A stretch of DNA of 64,000 bases from assembly GCA_036561525.1 (NCBI GenBank), contig DATBPD010000023.1:58930-122929 (forward strand). Reading direction: 5' to 3'. The translations under genes and the position numbers were made by a program. Below are positions 1 to 9,487 of the stretch, in pieces (the stretch's first letter is position 1; each line of letters starts with the position of its first letter). This DNA is from Candidatus Dormiibacterota bacterium (GTDB lineage: Bacteria; Chloroflexota; Dormibacteria; Aeolococcales; Aeolococcaceae). A model generated the notes under the pieces. It was not told where the DNA came from and searched no databases. It was given only the letters and a program-made list of their open reading frames with translations.

Positions 1-174
1 CAGCCGCCGCACGTGCTCGTCGATGGTGCGCAGCCGCCGGCTCGCGCCATCGTGCGACTGGTCGAGATGCTCTCGCAGCAGGCGGCGGCTCACCACGGGG
101 TCGCCCCAGTCGAGCTCGACCGCGGCGTCGAAGGCGCGCGGCCAGGCGTCGAGTCGCGAGGGGCGCCGGCTCAT
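1..174 (-). CDS. hypothetical protein, N-terminal fragment; the gene runs off the window start
   Basis: Reverse strand from ATG at 174-172 reads MSRRPSRLDAWPRAFDAAVELDWGDPVVSRRLLREHLDQSHDG... with high GC3. The RBS is weak. Confidence 0.3.
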   Translation of the reverse strand, partial: MSRRPSRLDAWPRAFDAAVELDWGDPVVSRRLLREHLDQSHDGASRRLRTIDEHVRRL

Positions 175-214
175 CGGGGCAGCCTAGCCGAGCGCGGCGG
201 CGCGGCCGAGCCCC

Positions 215-841
215 GTGGCTTCAGAATGCGCGCCCGTGAGCAACTTCATCACCCATTGGGTCACCACCGGCGGCATCGTGCTCGTCTTCGTCCTGATGGC
301 GGCCGAGAGCTGCGGTATCCCCTTCCCAAGCGAGGTGATCATGCCCTTCGCTGGATTCCTCGCCGCTCAGGGACACATCAGCCTCACCGGCTCCATCCTC
401 GCGGGCACGCTCGGCAACGTCGCCGGGTCGCTGGTTGCGTACGCGCTGGCGGCGCGGTTCGGACGCCCGCTGCTTCTCGGCCCGGGGCGCCGCATCGGCA
501 TCTCCGCCGCGCACCTCGACCTCGCCGACCGCTGGTTCGAGCGCCACGGCCTGACGGCTGTTGTCGTCGGCCGCGTGCTGCCCGTGGTGCGTACCTACAT
601 CTCCTTCCCGGCTGGGCTCGCCCGCATCGACCTGCTCCGATTCACCCTGCTGACCGCGATCGGCGCGCTGCCCTGGTGCATCGCGCTCGCTGCGGCGGGA
701 TACGCCATCGGTGCCAACTACGACCGAGTCTCCGGGCCGATCGGGGTCGCGGCGATCGTCATCGCGGTGATCGTGGTCGCCATCGTGGTGGCGTGGTTCG
801 TGCGGGGGCGGCGCCACGGGAGCGCGGAGCGGGCGCGCTGA
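215..841 (+). CDS. DedA/SNARE-associated (TVP38/TMEM64) family membrane protein
   Basis: The 208-aa product has multiple TM segments and the motifs GIPFPSEVIMPFAGFLAAQG and GRVLPVVRTYISFPAG typical of DedA proteins. Confidence 0.85.
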   Translation: MASECAPVSNFITHWVTTGGIVLVFVLMAAESCGIPFPSEVIMPFAGFLAAQGHISLTGSILAGTLGNVAGSLVAYALAARFGRPLLLGPGRRIGISAAHLDLADRWFERHGLTAVVVGRVLPVVRTYISFPAGLARIDLLRFTLLTAIGALPWCIALAAAGYAIGANYDRVSGPIGVAAIVIAVIVVAIVVAWFVRGRRHGSAERAR

Positions 842-856
842 CGCGCCAACGGCCGG

Positions 857-1072
857 TTACGACATGTCGGGCCAGGCTCCCGGAGCCTCGCCCTCGCCCT
901 CTTCGCCCTCGTTGCGCTGCCGGTAGCGCTCGGCGACCATCTTGTTGGCGACGTTCTTGGGCAGGCCGAGCTTGACCAGGCTCTTCACCTCGTCGCTCAT
1001 CACCTTGTCGCGCGCGGTCTCGATCGCCGCGACGACGTCGTCGATGCTCACCGTCGGTCGCTTGGTTGCCAC
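857..1072 (-). CDS. small conserved hypothetical protein (71 aa), acidic C-terminus
   Basis: Clean ORF with GC3 above 90%. It ends in a Glu/Gly-rich tail and sits convergent with the DedA gene. Confidence 0.55.
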   Translation of the reverse strand: MATKRPTVSIDDVVAAIETARDKVMSDEVKSLVKLGLPKNVANKMVAERYRQRNEGEEGEGEAPGAWPDMS

Positions 1073-1142
1073 GTCCCGAGTTTAGCCCCTGACGCAGATT
1101 CACCGGCAGGCCGCGGCGAGACCGGCGGGCTCGTCTTCATAC

Positions 1143-2528
1143 TTGGACGCGATGGCCTACCTGCCCAATCGGGACTCTGATCGCCGGGCAATGCTGGAGG
1201 TTGTCGGCGCGGCGGACCTCCCCGATCTGTTCGCCACCGTCCCCGAATCGCTGCTCCACCCGGCGCTGGAATTGCCCGCACCGCTGGCCGAGCAGGACCT
1301 CGTCGCCGAGCTGGAGCGGCTGGCGGCGCGCAACCGCCCGCTCAGCCAGCTCGACAACTTCCTGGGCGCCGGTGTCTATCGGCGCTTCATCCCGGCGATC
1401 GTGCGCGGCACCATCGGTCGCCCCGAGTTCTACACCGCCTACACGCCCTACCAGGCTGAGGCGTCGCAGGGCACATTGCAGACCATCTTCGAGTTCCAGT
1501 CGATGATCTGTGCCCTGACCGGGCTCGACGTCGCCAACGCGTCGCTGTACGACGGCGCCACCGCCGCCGCGGAGGCGATGATGCTGGCGGTCCAGGCCAC
1601 CGGCCGCGATCGCGTCGCGGTCAGCGGTGCGATGCACCCCGAGACCCTGCGCGTGCTCCGCACCTACGCCGCGGGGCGCGCGGTCGGTGTCGACCTCGTC
1701 GAGTCACGTGATGATGTCACCCTCGCCGCCGACGTCAGGTCGGCCCTCACCGATCGACACGCCGGTCTGCTGGTGCAGCAGCCGACGTTCTACGGGACCC
1801 TGGAGTCGCTCACCGAGCTCGCCGACGCCGCGCACGCGGTGGGCGCGCTGGCGCTGTGCAGCGCTGACCCGCTGGCCTGCAGCGTGCTGGCCGCGCCGGG
1901 CGACGCGGGGTTCGACGTGTGCGTCGGCGACGGCCAGCCGCTCGGGGTGCCGGCGTCGTTCGGCGGTCCGCACGTCGGCTACATGGCGGTGCGCCAGGAG
2001 CTGGTGCGCCGCCTGCCGGGCCGATTGGTGGGGATCACCGTCGACCACGCCGGTCGGCGCGCCTACACGCTCACCCTGCAGACCCGCGAGCAGCACATCA
2101 GGCGCGAACACGCCACCTCAAACATCTGCACCAACCACGCGCTGATCGCGCTCGCCGCCACCGTGTACATGGCGCACATGGGCGCCGGTGGCATGGCCAT
2201 GGTGGCCACGGTCAGCGCGCAGCGCGCCCATTCCCTCGCGGAGAGGCTGGGCGCCGTGGCCGGCTTCTCGCTGGTCACCGACGCAGCCTTCCTCTGGGAG
2301 TTCGTGCTCCGCTGCCCGGGTGATGCCGCCGAGGTGGCCTCCCGTCTGCGCGAGCAGGGAATCGTCGCCGGCCTCCCGCTCGGACGGTTCGACGCGTCGC
2401 GCGCCGACCAGCTGCTGCTCTGTTGCACGGAGATGACGCCGCCCGCCGCCATCGACCGCCTCGTGGCAGCGCTGCGCAGCCTCGACGTGGCAACGCTGGC
2501 CCACGTCCGCAGTGAGGTGGCGGTGTGA
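1143..2528 (+). CDS. gcvPA: glycine dehydrogenase (decarboxylating) subunit 1
   Basis: The product has TAYTPYQAEASQGTLQTIFEFQSMICALTGLDVANASLYDGATA, the hallmark N-terminal half of P-protein. It overlaps the next gene by 4 nt. Confidence 0.9.
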   Translation: MDAMAYLPNRDSDRRAMLEVVGAADLPDLFATVPESLLHPALELPAPLAEQDLVAELERLAARNRPLSQLDNFLGAGVYRRFIPAIVRGTIGRPEFYTAYTPYQAEASQGTLQTIFEFQSMICALTGLDVANASLYDGATAAAEAMMLAVQATGRDRVAVSGAMHPETLRVLRTYAAGRAVGVDLVESRDDVTLAADVRSALTDRHAGLLVQQPTFYGTLESLTELADAAHAVGALALCSADPLACSVLAAPGDAGFDVCVGDGQPLGVPASFGGPHVGYMAVRQELVRRLPGRLVGITVDHAGRRAYTLTLQTREQHIRREHATSNICTNHALIALAATVYMAHMGAGGMAMVATVSAQRAHSLAERLGAVAGFSLVTDAAFLWEFVLRCPGDAAEVASRLREQGIVAGLPLGRFDASRADQLLLCCTEMTPPAAIDRLVAALRSLDVATLAHVRSEVAV

Positions 2529-4111
2529 GCAGCAGCGACTCGGGGGACGGGCAGGGGAACCCCACCACCGGCGCGGGTCGCGGCGTCGAGCCCGGCTGGG
2601 CCGGAGCTGAGGCGCTCGTCTTCGAGCTGAGCGACGATTACACGGGCAGCCCACGCCTCACCGCCGCCGGGGTGACCGCCAAGGGTCTCGCCGACCTGGT
2701 CCCTGCAGCCCACCTCCGGCGCGAGCCGCCGCCCGTGCCGGCGGTCCCCGAGCCGGTGCTCGCTCGCCATGTCGGCCGGCTGGCCCGCCGCAATCACCAC
2801 CTGCACCACGGCACCTACCCGCTGGGCAGCTGCACCATGAAATACAACCCGGTGGTCAACGAGCAACTGGCCGCGTTGGCCGGTTTTGCCGACCTCCATC
2901 CCTACCAGGACGAGGACGACGTGCAGGGCGCCCTCGAGCTGATGTGGCGCCTGGAGCGCATGCTGACCACGATCACCGGCATGGCGCGCATGTCGCTGCA
3001 ACCCGCGGCGGGCGCCCACGGTGAGTGGACCGGGCTGCGCATGATCCAGGCATTCCACGGGGAGGGCGGTGACAACAACCGCACCCGCGTGCTCATCCCC
3101 GACAGCGCTCACGGCACCAACCCGGCCTCCGCAGCATCGGTCGGGCTCGAGGTCGTCACCGTCAAGAGCAACCACGACGGCACTGTCGACATCGCCGATT
3201 TCGCCGGCCACCTCGATGATCGCGTCGCCGCGGTGATGATGACCAACCCCAACACGCTCGGGGTTTTCGAGAAGGACATCCTCGAGATCGCGCGGCTCGC
3301 CCACGACGCCGGCGCGTTGCTCTACTACGACGGCGCCAACCTCAACGCCCTGGTGGGCGTGGCCCGCCCGGGCGACATGGGCTTCGACGTCGTGCACCTC
3401 AACCTCCACAAGACGTTCTCGACGCCTCACGGCGGCGGCGGTCCCGGCGCCGGGCCGGTCGGGGTCGCAGAGCGACTGGTGCCGTTCCTGCCCGGGCCGA
3501 CCGTCGAACGCGACGGGGACCACTTCCGGCTGGACGATGACCATCCGCGCAGCATCGGCAAAGTGCGTTCCTACTACGGCAACTTCGGCATGCTGGTACG
3601 CGCCTTCGCGTACATCTGCGCGTACGGTGACGAGATCGCCGGCGTCGCGCAGGACGCGGTCCTCAACGCACGCTACCTGCAGGCCCGGCTGCGCGACCTC
3701 TTCCCGATGGCCGTGGCCTCGCCGTCGATGCACGAGTTCGTGTGCACGACGCGCGGCGGCAAGGTCGACGGCCTGCGCGCCATGGACATCGCCAAGCGAC
3801 TGCTCGACTACGGCATCTACGCCCCCACCGTCTACTTCCCCACGACTGTTCCCGAGGCGCTGATGTTCGAGCCCACCGAGACCGAGTCGCGGCAGAGCCT
3901 CGACCTCCTCGCCGACGTCTGCGCGGCGATCGTTGCCGAAGCCGAGAGCGACCTCGCCTTCGTCCAGGGGTCGCCGCACAACACCCCGGTGGAGCGCGTC
4001 GACGAGGTCGCGGCCGCGCGCCGGCCGGTGCTGCGGTGGACCGAATCATTGAAGCAGCAGGCGATCCAGCCTCAGGACGCCGACCTGCCATCGCGGCTGC
4101 CGACCGCCTGA
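2525..4111 (+). CDS. gcvPB: glycine dehydrogenase (decarboxylating) subunit 2
   Basis: The product has GSCTMKYNP and HLNLHKTFSTPHGGGGPGAGPVGV (PLP-lysine region). Start and stop are coupled to gcvPA. Confidence 0.9.
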   Translation: MSSSDSGDGQGNPTTGAGRGVEPGWAGAEALVFELSDDYTGSPRLTAAGVTAKGLADLVPAAHLRREPPPVPAVPEPVLARHVGRLARRNHHLHHGTYPLGSCTMKYNPVVNEQLAALAGFADLHPYQDEDDVQGALELMWRLERMLTTITGMARMSLQPAAGAHGEWTGLRMIQAFHGEGGDNNRTRVLIPDSAHGTNPASAASVGLEVVTVKSNHDGTVDIADFAGHLDDRVAAVMMTNPNTLGVFEKDILEIARLAHDAGALLYYDGANLNALVGVARPGDMGFDVVHLNLHKTFSTPHGGGGPGAGPVGVAERLVPFLPGPTVERDGDHFRLDDDHPRSIGKVRSYYGNFGMLVRAFAYICAYGDEIAGVAQDAVLNARYLQARLRDLFPMAVASPSMHEFVCTTRGGKVDGLRAMDIAKRLLDYGIYAPTVYFPTTVPEALMFEPTETESRQSLDLLADVCAAIVAEAESDLAFVQGSPHNTPVERVDEVAAARRPVLRWTESLKQQAIQPQDADLPSRLPTA

Positions 4112-4113
4112 CG

Positions 4114-4680
4114 ATGGACACCGACCTTGACGCCGCACGCTCCGAGCTGCACCACCTCCTCGCCGACCGCTCGTTCAGGTTCGGAGACTTCGTGCTCGCC
4201 AGCGGGCGGCGCAGCGACGTCTACTTCAACGGCAAGCAGGTCACCCTCGACGGTCGTGGCCTGTATCTGGTGTCGCTGCTCGTCCTGGCGCGCTGCCGCG
4301 AGCTTGGCATCGAGGCCGTCGGTGGGCTGACCCTGGGCGCCGACCCCATCGCCTGCGGTGTCGCCGCGCTGAGTGGTCGCGACCAACCGCTGCGCGCATT
4401 CATCGTCCGCAAGGAGGCCAAGGATCACGGCACCGGCAGGCTCATCGAGGGACCGGAGTTGCGCCGCGGCGAGCGCGTGCTCGTCGTCGACGACGTGATC
4501 ACCACCGGTGGCTCGCTGCTCAAGGCGGTCGACGCCGTCGTCGCAGCGGGCGTGGAGGTCGTCGAGGCACTGGCGGTGGTCGATCGCGAGGAGGGTGGCC
4601 GCGAAGCGATCGAGGCGCGTGGCCTGCAGGTGCACACCCTCTTCACCCGCAGCGAGTTCTCCGCGCCGACGCCCGCGTAG
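4114..4680 (+). CDS. pyrE: orotate phosphoribosyltransferase
   Basis: The product from MDTDLDAARSELHHL carries the PRPP-binding motif VLVVDDVITTGGS. The ATG lies 3 nt after the gcvPB stop. Confidence 0.85.
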   Translation: MDTDLDAARSELHHLLADRSFRFGDFVLASGRRSDVYFNGKQVTLDGRGLYLVSLLVLARCRELGIEAVGGLTLGADPIACGVAALSGRDQPLRAFIVRKEAKDHGTGRLIEGPELRRGERVLVVDDVITTGGSLLKAVDAVVAAGVEVVEALAVVDREEGGREAIEARGLQVHTLFTRSEFSAPTPA

Positions 4681-4691
4681 CCGCCGCAACG

Positions 4692-5156
4692 ATGCCGCTG
4701 TTCCGCCGCCGCGCCGCCGAGCAGCAGACCGACTGGTTCACCGTCGGCGTGCTGGGACACCGCTGCATCCCCGGCTCGCGCACCCCCGGCATCGAACAAC
4801 TCGAGGGTCTCGATGACTACGTCGAGGCGATCCGCCAGCGACGGCCACCGGGCGCCGACGGTCGCGACAGCATCGCGGTCCTCAACGCCAAGATGGACCA
4901 TGCCGATTCGGTCGACGACCTCGTCGCCGCCGTCGTCCTGGCGTCGGAGGAGCTCGTCGAGCGAGGCCTGCTCGACGAGTCGCTGGCGCCGGCGTCACCG
5001 CCCCATGCGGCGATGGCCGAGGACCTGGGCACGTATCACTACATCCAACAGGTGCATCAACGCGCGGTCGAGCGTCGCCAATGGCTGGACGACGTGGACA
5101 TCCTGTTCCGGCTCAACGGGGTGGCGCTGCTGGCCCCGTACCCCGTCGAGGAGTGA
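4692..5156 (+). CDS. hypothetical protein (154 aa)
   Basis: ORF with high GC3 and no recognisable motif. Confidence 0.5.
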   Translation: MPLFRRRAAEQQTDWFTVGVLGHRCIPGSRTPGIEQLEGLDDYVEAIRQRRPPGADGRDSIAVLNAKMDHADSVDDLVAAVVLASEELVERGLLDESLAPASPPHAAMAEDLGTYHYIQQVHQRAVERRQWLDDVDILFRLNGVALLAPYPVEE

Positions 5157-5183
5157 CCCGGAGATCGGGAGCCGGACGGCTCC

Positions 5184-5948
5184 TCAGTTGCCGATACCCC
5201 TGAGCAGGCCCCCGACCACTCCCCCGGCAACGCCGGCTTCGGCACCCTGGACCACGCTGAACTCACCGAGTGCCGCTGCAAGGCGCGCCAGCGGCAGTGA
5301 CTGCAGCCAGACCCGGCCCGGGCCGATCAGCTGGGCGAGGAAGATGCCGTCGCCGCCGAAGATCTTGTTCTTGATGCCCTTGACCGTGGTGATGTTGAAC
5401 TGCACGGTGTCCTGGAAGAGGCCGACGTGGCCGGGGTGAACCTTGATCTCCTCTCCCGGGCGCAGGTCGTAGATCACCACCTCACCGCTGAGCTCACACC
5501 ACACCCGTCCCTGGCCGCCGATCTTCTGGAGGCGGAAGCCGTCGCCTCCGAAGACACCGGCGCCGAGCTTCTGCTGGAAGCCCATCGACACCTGCACGCC
5601 ATGGGTGCCGGCCACGAAGGCGTGGCGATGGCCGAAGAACTGAAAGCCCGGTTCTGGCTTGACGTCGAGCGGAAAGATCTGGCCGGGGAGCTTGGCGGCA
5701 AACGCCACCATGCCCGGCCCGCCCTGCGCCGCGTACTCGGTCATGAAGAGCGAACCACCGCCCAGGGCGCGCTTGAACACGCCGCCGACGCCGCCGCCAC
5801 CGCCGTACTGGGTGGACGTGGTCATCTGGATGCTGGCGGTCATCCAGGAGAGCTCGCCGGATTCCGCGAAGATCGCCTCGCCCGGGTTGAGCGTCAGCTC
5901 GAGGACCGGCATGACGGTGCCGATGATCTTCTCGTCCATGGTGTGCAC
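5184..5948 (-). CDS. TIGR00266/AIM24 (DUF124) family protein
   Basis: The product has a Gly-rich stretch GGGGGVGGVFKRALGGGSLFMTEY and the beta-rich architecture typical of the AIM24 family. Confidence 0.7.
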   Translation of the reverse strand: MHTMDEKIIGTVMPVLELTLNPGEAIFAESGELSWMTASIQMTTSTQYGGGGGVGGVFKRALGGGSLFMTEYAAQGGPGMVAFAAKLPGQIFPLDVKPEPGFQFFGHRHAFVAGTHGVQVSMGFQQKLGAGVFGGDGFRLQKIGGQGRVWCELSGEVVIYDLRPGEEIKVHPGHVGLFQDTVQFNITTVKGIKNKIFGGDGIFLAQLIGPGRVWLQSLPLARLAAALGEFSVVQGAEAGVAGGVVGGLLRGIGN

Positions 5949-6091
5949 TCCTCGCGGTGGGATCGACTCGCGGATTGTGTCAGAACCTCAGGGCACGAGC
6001 CGAGCCCAGCCGCCCGTCGCAGCGGCCCTGGCTGCGCTACCGTTGCTCAGCGATGACCGCGACGGTGGGTGGCAGCGCGAGGAGTTCAGTC

Positions 6092-7216
6092 ATGCGAGCT
6101 CCGCAGCTGGCGATCCTCGCCTCCGTCACCGCGCTGGCCGCCTGCGGACCGGTGACCGCCGGCCCCGTCCCGACGGCAAGTCCGGCGGCTCACACGACGT
6201 CGGCAGCGCCCAGCGTGACCACGGCGCCGCCGACACCCGCACCCCTGCCGCCGCTGGCCGTTCTACAGAGCGACACTGCGCTGACCGCCGTCGACGACGG
6301 CGGCAAGGTGCAGTGGAGCCTCACACGTGCCGAGATGAACACGCTGCTGTCGGCAACGGCGCACGACGCCATCAGCGCGCGCGTCGCCGGCCCCAACGTC
6401 ATCCTGTCGGTTGTTCCGGCCGCGTCGACCACCAAGGGCAGGCTCGTGGTGCTCGACGGCACGGGGACATCGCTTGGTGCGAGCTCCTTCACGCCCAACA
6501 ACGCCGCTGACGATGTGTATGGGTCACCCAGCGGATCGGAGTGGGCATACAGCATTGACGACAGCCCCGCCTCCGCCACCCGCCATCACGGGAGGATCAT
6601 CGTCGCCGGCATCGGGACTGCCCCGCACACTGTGTTCTCGTGGGTCGCTCCCGCGGGCAGTGTCAACGAGCGTGTGGCCGGCTGGACCGACATGGGCATC
6701 GTCATGGAGCGCATCAGCCTGGAGGGATGCGGCGTCGGCTTCCATTCCGACGGAGCTTCCTTTCTCGTCGATCCTGTGGCCGGCACGCTGACCGACCTCT
6801 TCGTCGGCGGTGACCATTACGGCGATGCGCGCCATGGCGTGAAAGTCGCATTCGCCGCCCGGTCATCCTCGGCGGTGGTCGTGAAGGGCGTCCGCTTCGA
6901 CGAGGGTGGGACAGTCGTCGACAGCGTGTTCGTGAGTCCCGACGGCAGCCGAGTGGGCGTGGGGCGCGTCTCTGTCGTGGTGTGCGCCGGCAGCCCGACG
7001 TTGACGGTCAGCACCGAGCTCATCGACGTCTCCACAGCTGGTCACAGCGACATCACCGGTTGCGAGATCAGCGGCTGGTTCGACGCCGGCGATTTCGTCT
7101 GCAGCCCCCAGGACAGCACCAGCTCGACGCCAACGCAGAGGACCGAGGATGTCGCGGGCCACGCCGGCACCGTCCTCGGGCTCGGGCGCTTGGCGGGAGT
7201 CCTGTCGAGCGCCTGA
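6092..7216 (+). CDS. lipoprotein, hypothetical
   Basis: An internal ATG at 6092 is preceded by GGAG. The product starts with signal peptide MRAPQLAILASVTALAACG (lipobox) and is Ala/Thr/Ser-rich. Confidence 0.6.
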   Translation: MRAPQLAILASVTALAACGPVTAGPVPTASPAAHTTSAAPSVTTAPPTPAPLPPLAVLQSDTALTAVDDGGKVQWSLTRAEMNTLLSATAHDAISARVAGPNVILSVVPAASTTKGRLVVLDGTGTSLGASSFTPNNAADDVYGSPSGSEWAYSIDDSPASATRHHGRIIVAGIGTAPHTVFSWVAPAGSVNERVAGWTDMGIVMERISLEGCGVGFHSDGASFLVDPVAGTLTDLFVGGDHYGDARHGVKVAFAARSSSAVVVKGVRFDEGGTVVDSVFVSPDGSRVGVGRVSVVVCAGSPTLTVSTELIDVSTAGHSDITGCEISGWFDAGDFVCSPQDSTSSTPTQRTEDVAGHAGTVLGLGRLAGVLSSA

Positions 7217-7227
7217 CCCCGACGCTC

Positions 7228-8370
7228 TCAGAGCCCCAGCGCCGTCTTGGCGATGATCTCCTTCATCACCTCGTCGGTGCCGGCCCCGATGCGGATCAGA
7301 CGCGAGTCCCTGAAGTAGCGCGAGATGTGCGACTCGGCCATGAAGCCGAAGCCGCCGTGCAGCTGAAGGCAGGTGTCGGCCACGCGCGAAGTCACCTGGC
7401 CGACAAAGAGCTTGGCCATGGAGATCTCTGCCACCGGGTACTCGCCGTTGTTCCAACGCTCGGCGACGGCGTACACGTAGTTCTTGGCGATGCTGATGTC
7501 CGTGTAGAGGTCCACCAGCTTGTGCCGGTTGACCTGGAACCTGGCGATGGGCCGGCCGAACGCCTCACGCTCCTTGCACCAGCGCAGGGTCTCCTCGAAC
7601 ATCACCTCGGCGCCAGCGATGCTCCCCGCGCTGCCGATCAGCCGCTCACCCTGGAGCTCCCACATCAGGTGATAGAACCCCTGGCCCACCTCGCCGAGGA
7701 CCGCTGACTCGGGCACGTCGACGTCGCTGAACGACAGCTCGGCGGTGTCGCTGGCGTGCATGCCGAGCTTCTTGAGCTTGCGGCTCACCGCGAAACCGGG
7801 CGTCGCCTTGTCGACGAGGAACAGCGTGATGCCGTGCGCGCCCTCCTCCGCGGTGCCCGTCCGGGCGACCAGCAGGATGTAGTCGGCGCGCACGCCGTTG
7901 GTGATGTAGAGCTTGGCGCCGTTGATGCGCCAGCCACCGTTGTGGCGGACCGCGCGAGTGCGGACGGCGGCGACATCGCTGCCGGTGTCGGGCTCGGTGA
8001 TGCCGAGGCTGGCGATCTTCTCGCCGCGGATCGCCGGCACCAGGTAGCGCTGCTTCTGCTCCTCGGTGCCGAACTTGAGGATGGGCGGCGTGGCCATCTC
8101 CGCCTGTACGGAGATCGCCATCCCCACGCCACCCGAACCACAGCGAGCCATCTCCTCGGCCAGGACGATCGCGCTCCAGTAGTCGCCGCCCTGCCCCCCG
8201 TACTCCGGCGGGTAGCGCAGGCCGAGCAGGCCGAGCTCACCCATCCGCCTGAAGACGCTGTCGGGGAAGTGCTCAGCCGCCTCCCATTCGTCGGCGTGGG
8301 GGCGCAGCTCCTTGCTGACGAAGTCCCTGACGGTTTCGCGCAGCGCGTCGTGGTCGGCGGTGAACGGCAT
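7228..8370 (-). CDS. acyl-CoA dehydrogenase
   Basis: The product from MPFTADHDALRETVRDFV carries ACAD motifs GITEPDTGSDVAA and QLHGGFGFMAE. Confidence 0.9.
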   Translation of the reverse strand: MPFTADHDALRETVRDFVSKELRPHADEWEAAEHFPDSVFRRMGELGLLGLRYPPEYGGQGGDYWSAIVLAEEMARCGSGGVGMAISVQAEMATPPILKFGTEEQKQRYLVPAIRGEKIASLGITEPDTGSDVAAVRTRAVRHNGGWRINGAKLYITNGVRADYILLVARTGTAEEGAHGITLFLVDKATPGFAVSRKLKKLGMHASDTAELSFSDVDVPESAVLGEVGQGFYHLMWELQGERLIGSAGSIAGAEVMFEETLRWCKEREAFGRPIARFQVNRHKLVDLYTDISIAKNYVYAVAERWNNGEYPVAEISMAKLFVGQVTSRVADTCLQLHGGFGFMAESHISRYFRDSRLIRIGAGTDEVMKEIIAKTALGL

Positions 8371-8459
8371 CGCGGCCTCCCAGGTTGACGTGAATGTCGA
8401 TTCTGCCACCACGTGACCGCGCCGGCCGCTCGGTTGCGCCGCGCATACCATGGGGCCGG

Positions 8460-9185
8460 ATGCGCCGCCCCCTCGCCTGCCTGCTCGCCGCGGTGGCCAC
8501 AGCCGTCAGCGCGTGCGCGAGCGCTCCGGTCACCACACCCTCCCCGACCGCGCCCCCCGCCGTGCGGCCCACGGCGACCCCAACGCCGGCACCAGACACC
8601 GAGCGCGTCGTTGTCGTCAGCGAAGGGCTGGGTGTCTACCAGGCGGTGGTCGTCCCCGTCGCGGTGCTCCACAACGCCGCCACGCGCACCGGCGTGAGCG
8701 GGCTCGTCGTCCACTTCCTGCCCACCCGCGGAGGCGTTGCCCTTACCCCGCTGGACTCCCCCGCCGTCACCCTCTACCCGGGGCAGACGCTCGCGGTCAC
8801 CGCCGATTGCACCGACAGCTGCAACAACACCGGCACCAGCCGCGACCCGGATGGGCTGACGGTCACAGTCGGCCCCGGGACCTGGGCCCCCCTGCCGGGG
8901 GCTGCGCTGGCCGCCGGCGCGGTCAGCTTCGCCTGCAAGAGCGGCTGCTCTGGCGGCCACGGCCAGTGGGACGTCGCCACAACCATCGGCAGCCCTGAGC
9001 TGTCCCAGGGATCGAGGGTCGACCTCTTCACGTGGTGCACCAACGCCGCCGGAGCGATCCTCGGCGGCAACCCCCCCAGTGTCGTGGTCTGGCCCCAGAC
9101 CGGTGGCACGTTGAGCCACACCCTGCACGCCATCCTCAGCGGCCCTCCGGCGGCGTGCCGGGTGGGCGCCTCCGCTTCGATCTGA
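8460..9185 (+). CDS. lipoprotein, hypothetical (Cys-rich secreted)
   Basis: The product from MRRPLACLLAAVATAVSACAS has a lipobox. It has no recognisable catalytic motif. Confidence 0.55.
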   Translation: MRRPLACLLAAVATAVSACASAPVTTPSPTAPPAVRPTATPTPAPDTERVVVVSEGLGVYQAVVVPVAVLHNAATRTGVSGLVVHFLPTRGGVALTPLDSPAVTLYPGQTLAVTADCTDSCNNTGTSRDPDGLTVTVGPGTWAPLPGAALAAGAVSFACKSGCSGGHGQWDVATTIGSPELSQGSRVDLFTWCTNAAGAILGGNPPSVVVWPQTGGTLSHTLHAILSGPPAACRVGASASI

Positions 9186-9199
9186 CTTCGAGCCGTCCG

Positions 9200-9448
9200 G
9201 CGGATCGTGACGCGATCCGCGCAGTTCGGCTCGGAGGGGTCCGGTGACGTTGTGGTAGGGTCCCCCGGTCGCGGTCGTCACCGCATCGCTCAACTTCTCT
9301 CCCGGTGGCCGTCAGGATCGTCTGATCCGGTGCCGGGGGCCGCGGCCCACCGCCCCCAAAGTGCGGTGGATGGACGGAGGGAGACCAGTCGCTCTCCGGC
9401 GGCGACTCCATCGGCGCCCCCTGAGCGATCGAATACAGGAGACTTTAT
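9200..9448 (+). ncRNA. candidate ydaO-type (cyclic-di-AMP) riboswitch / structured leader of the transglycosylase-like gene
   Basis: A 250-nt GC-rich leader holds several strong hairpins: GGUGACG...CGUCACC at 9242-9280, GGAUC-GUCU-GAUCC at 9315-9328, and CCACCGC...GCGGUGG at 9347-9370. It has GGAGGGGUCC and GACGGAGGGAG elements reminiscent of ydaO and ends in a U-rich ACUUUAUUU tract. Its position ahead of a cell-wall hydrolase-like gene matches known ydaO contexts. Confidence 0.3.
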
Positions 9449-9487
9449 TTGCGGTTGCCAACACGTATTCGAGGAGTGGTCCTGGGC

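Noticed and set aside
13-975. A 320-aa plus-strand ORF, and many other long ORFs overlapping annotated genes on the opposite strand or in alternate frames (for example 2063-3979 minus, 9290-10867 minus, 16943-18895 minus, 18151-19137 minus, 20251-21576 minus, 37784-38041).
   Set aside because: Their translations are Arg/Pro/Ala-rich with no motifs, which is typical of open frames in 72% GC DNA. The overlapping partner ORF carries clear family motifs in every case.
1073-1142. A glycine riboswitch upstream of gcvPA.
   Set aside because: The leader is only about 70 nt and lacks the conserved ACCGAAGG/CUCUGGAGAG aptamer elements.
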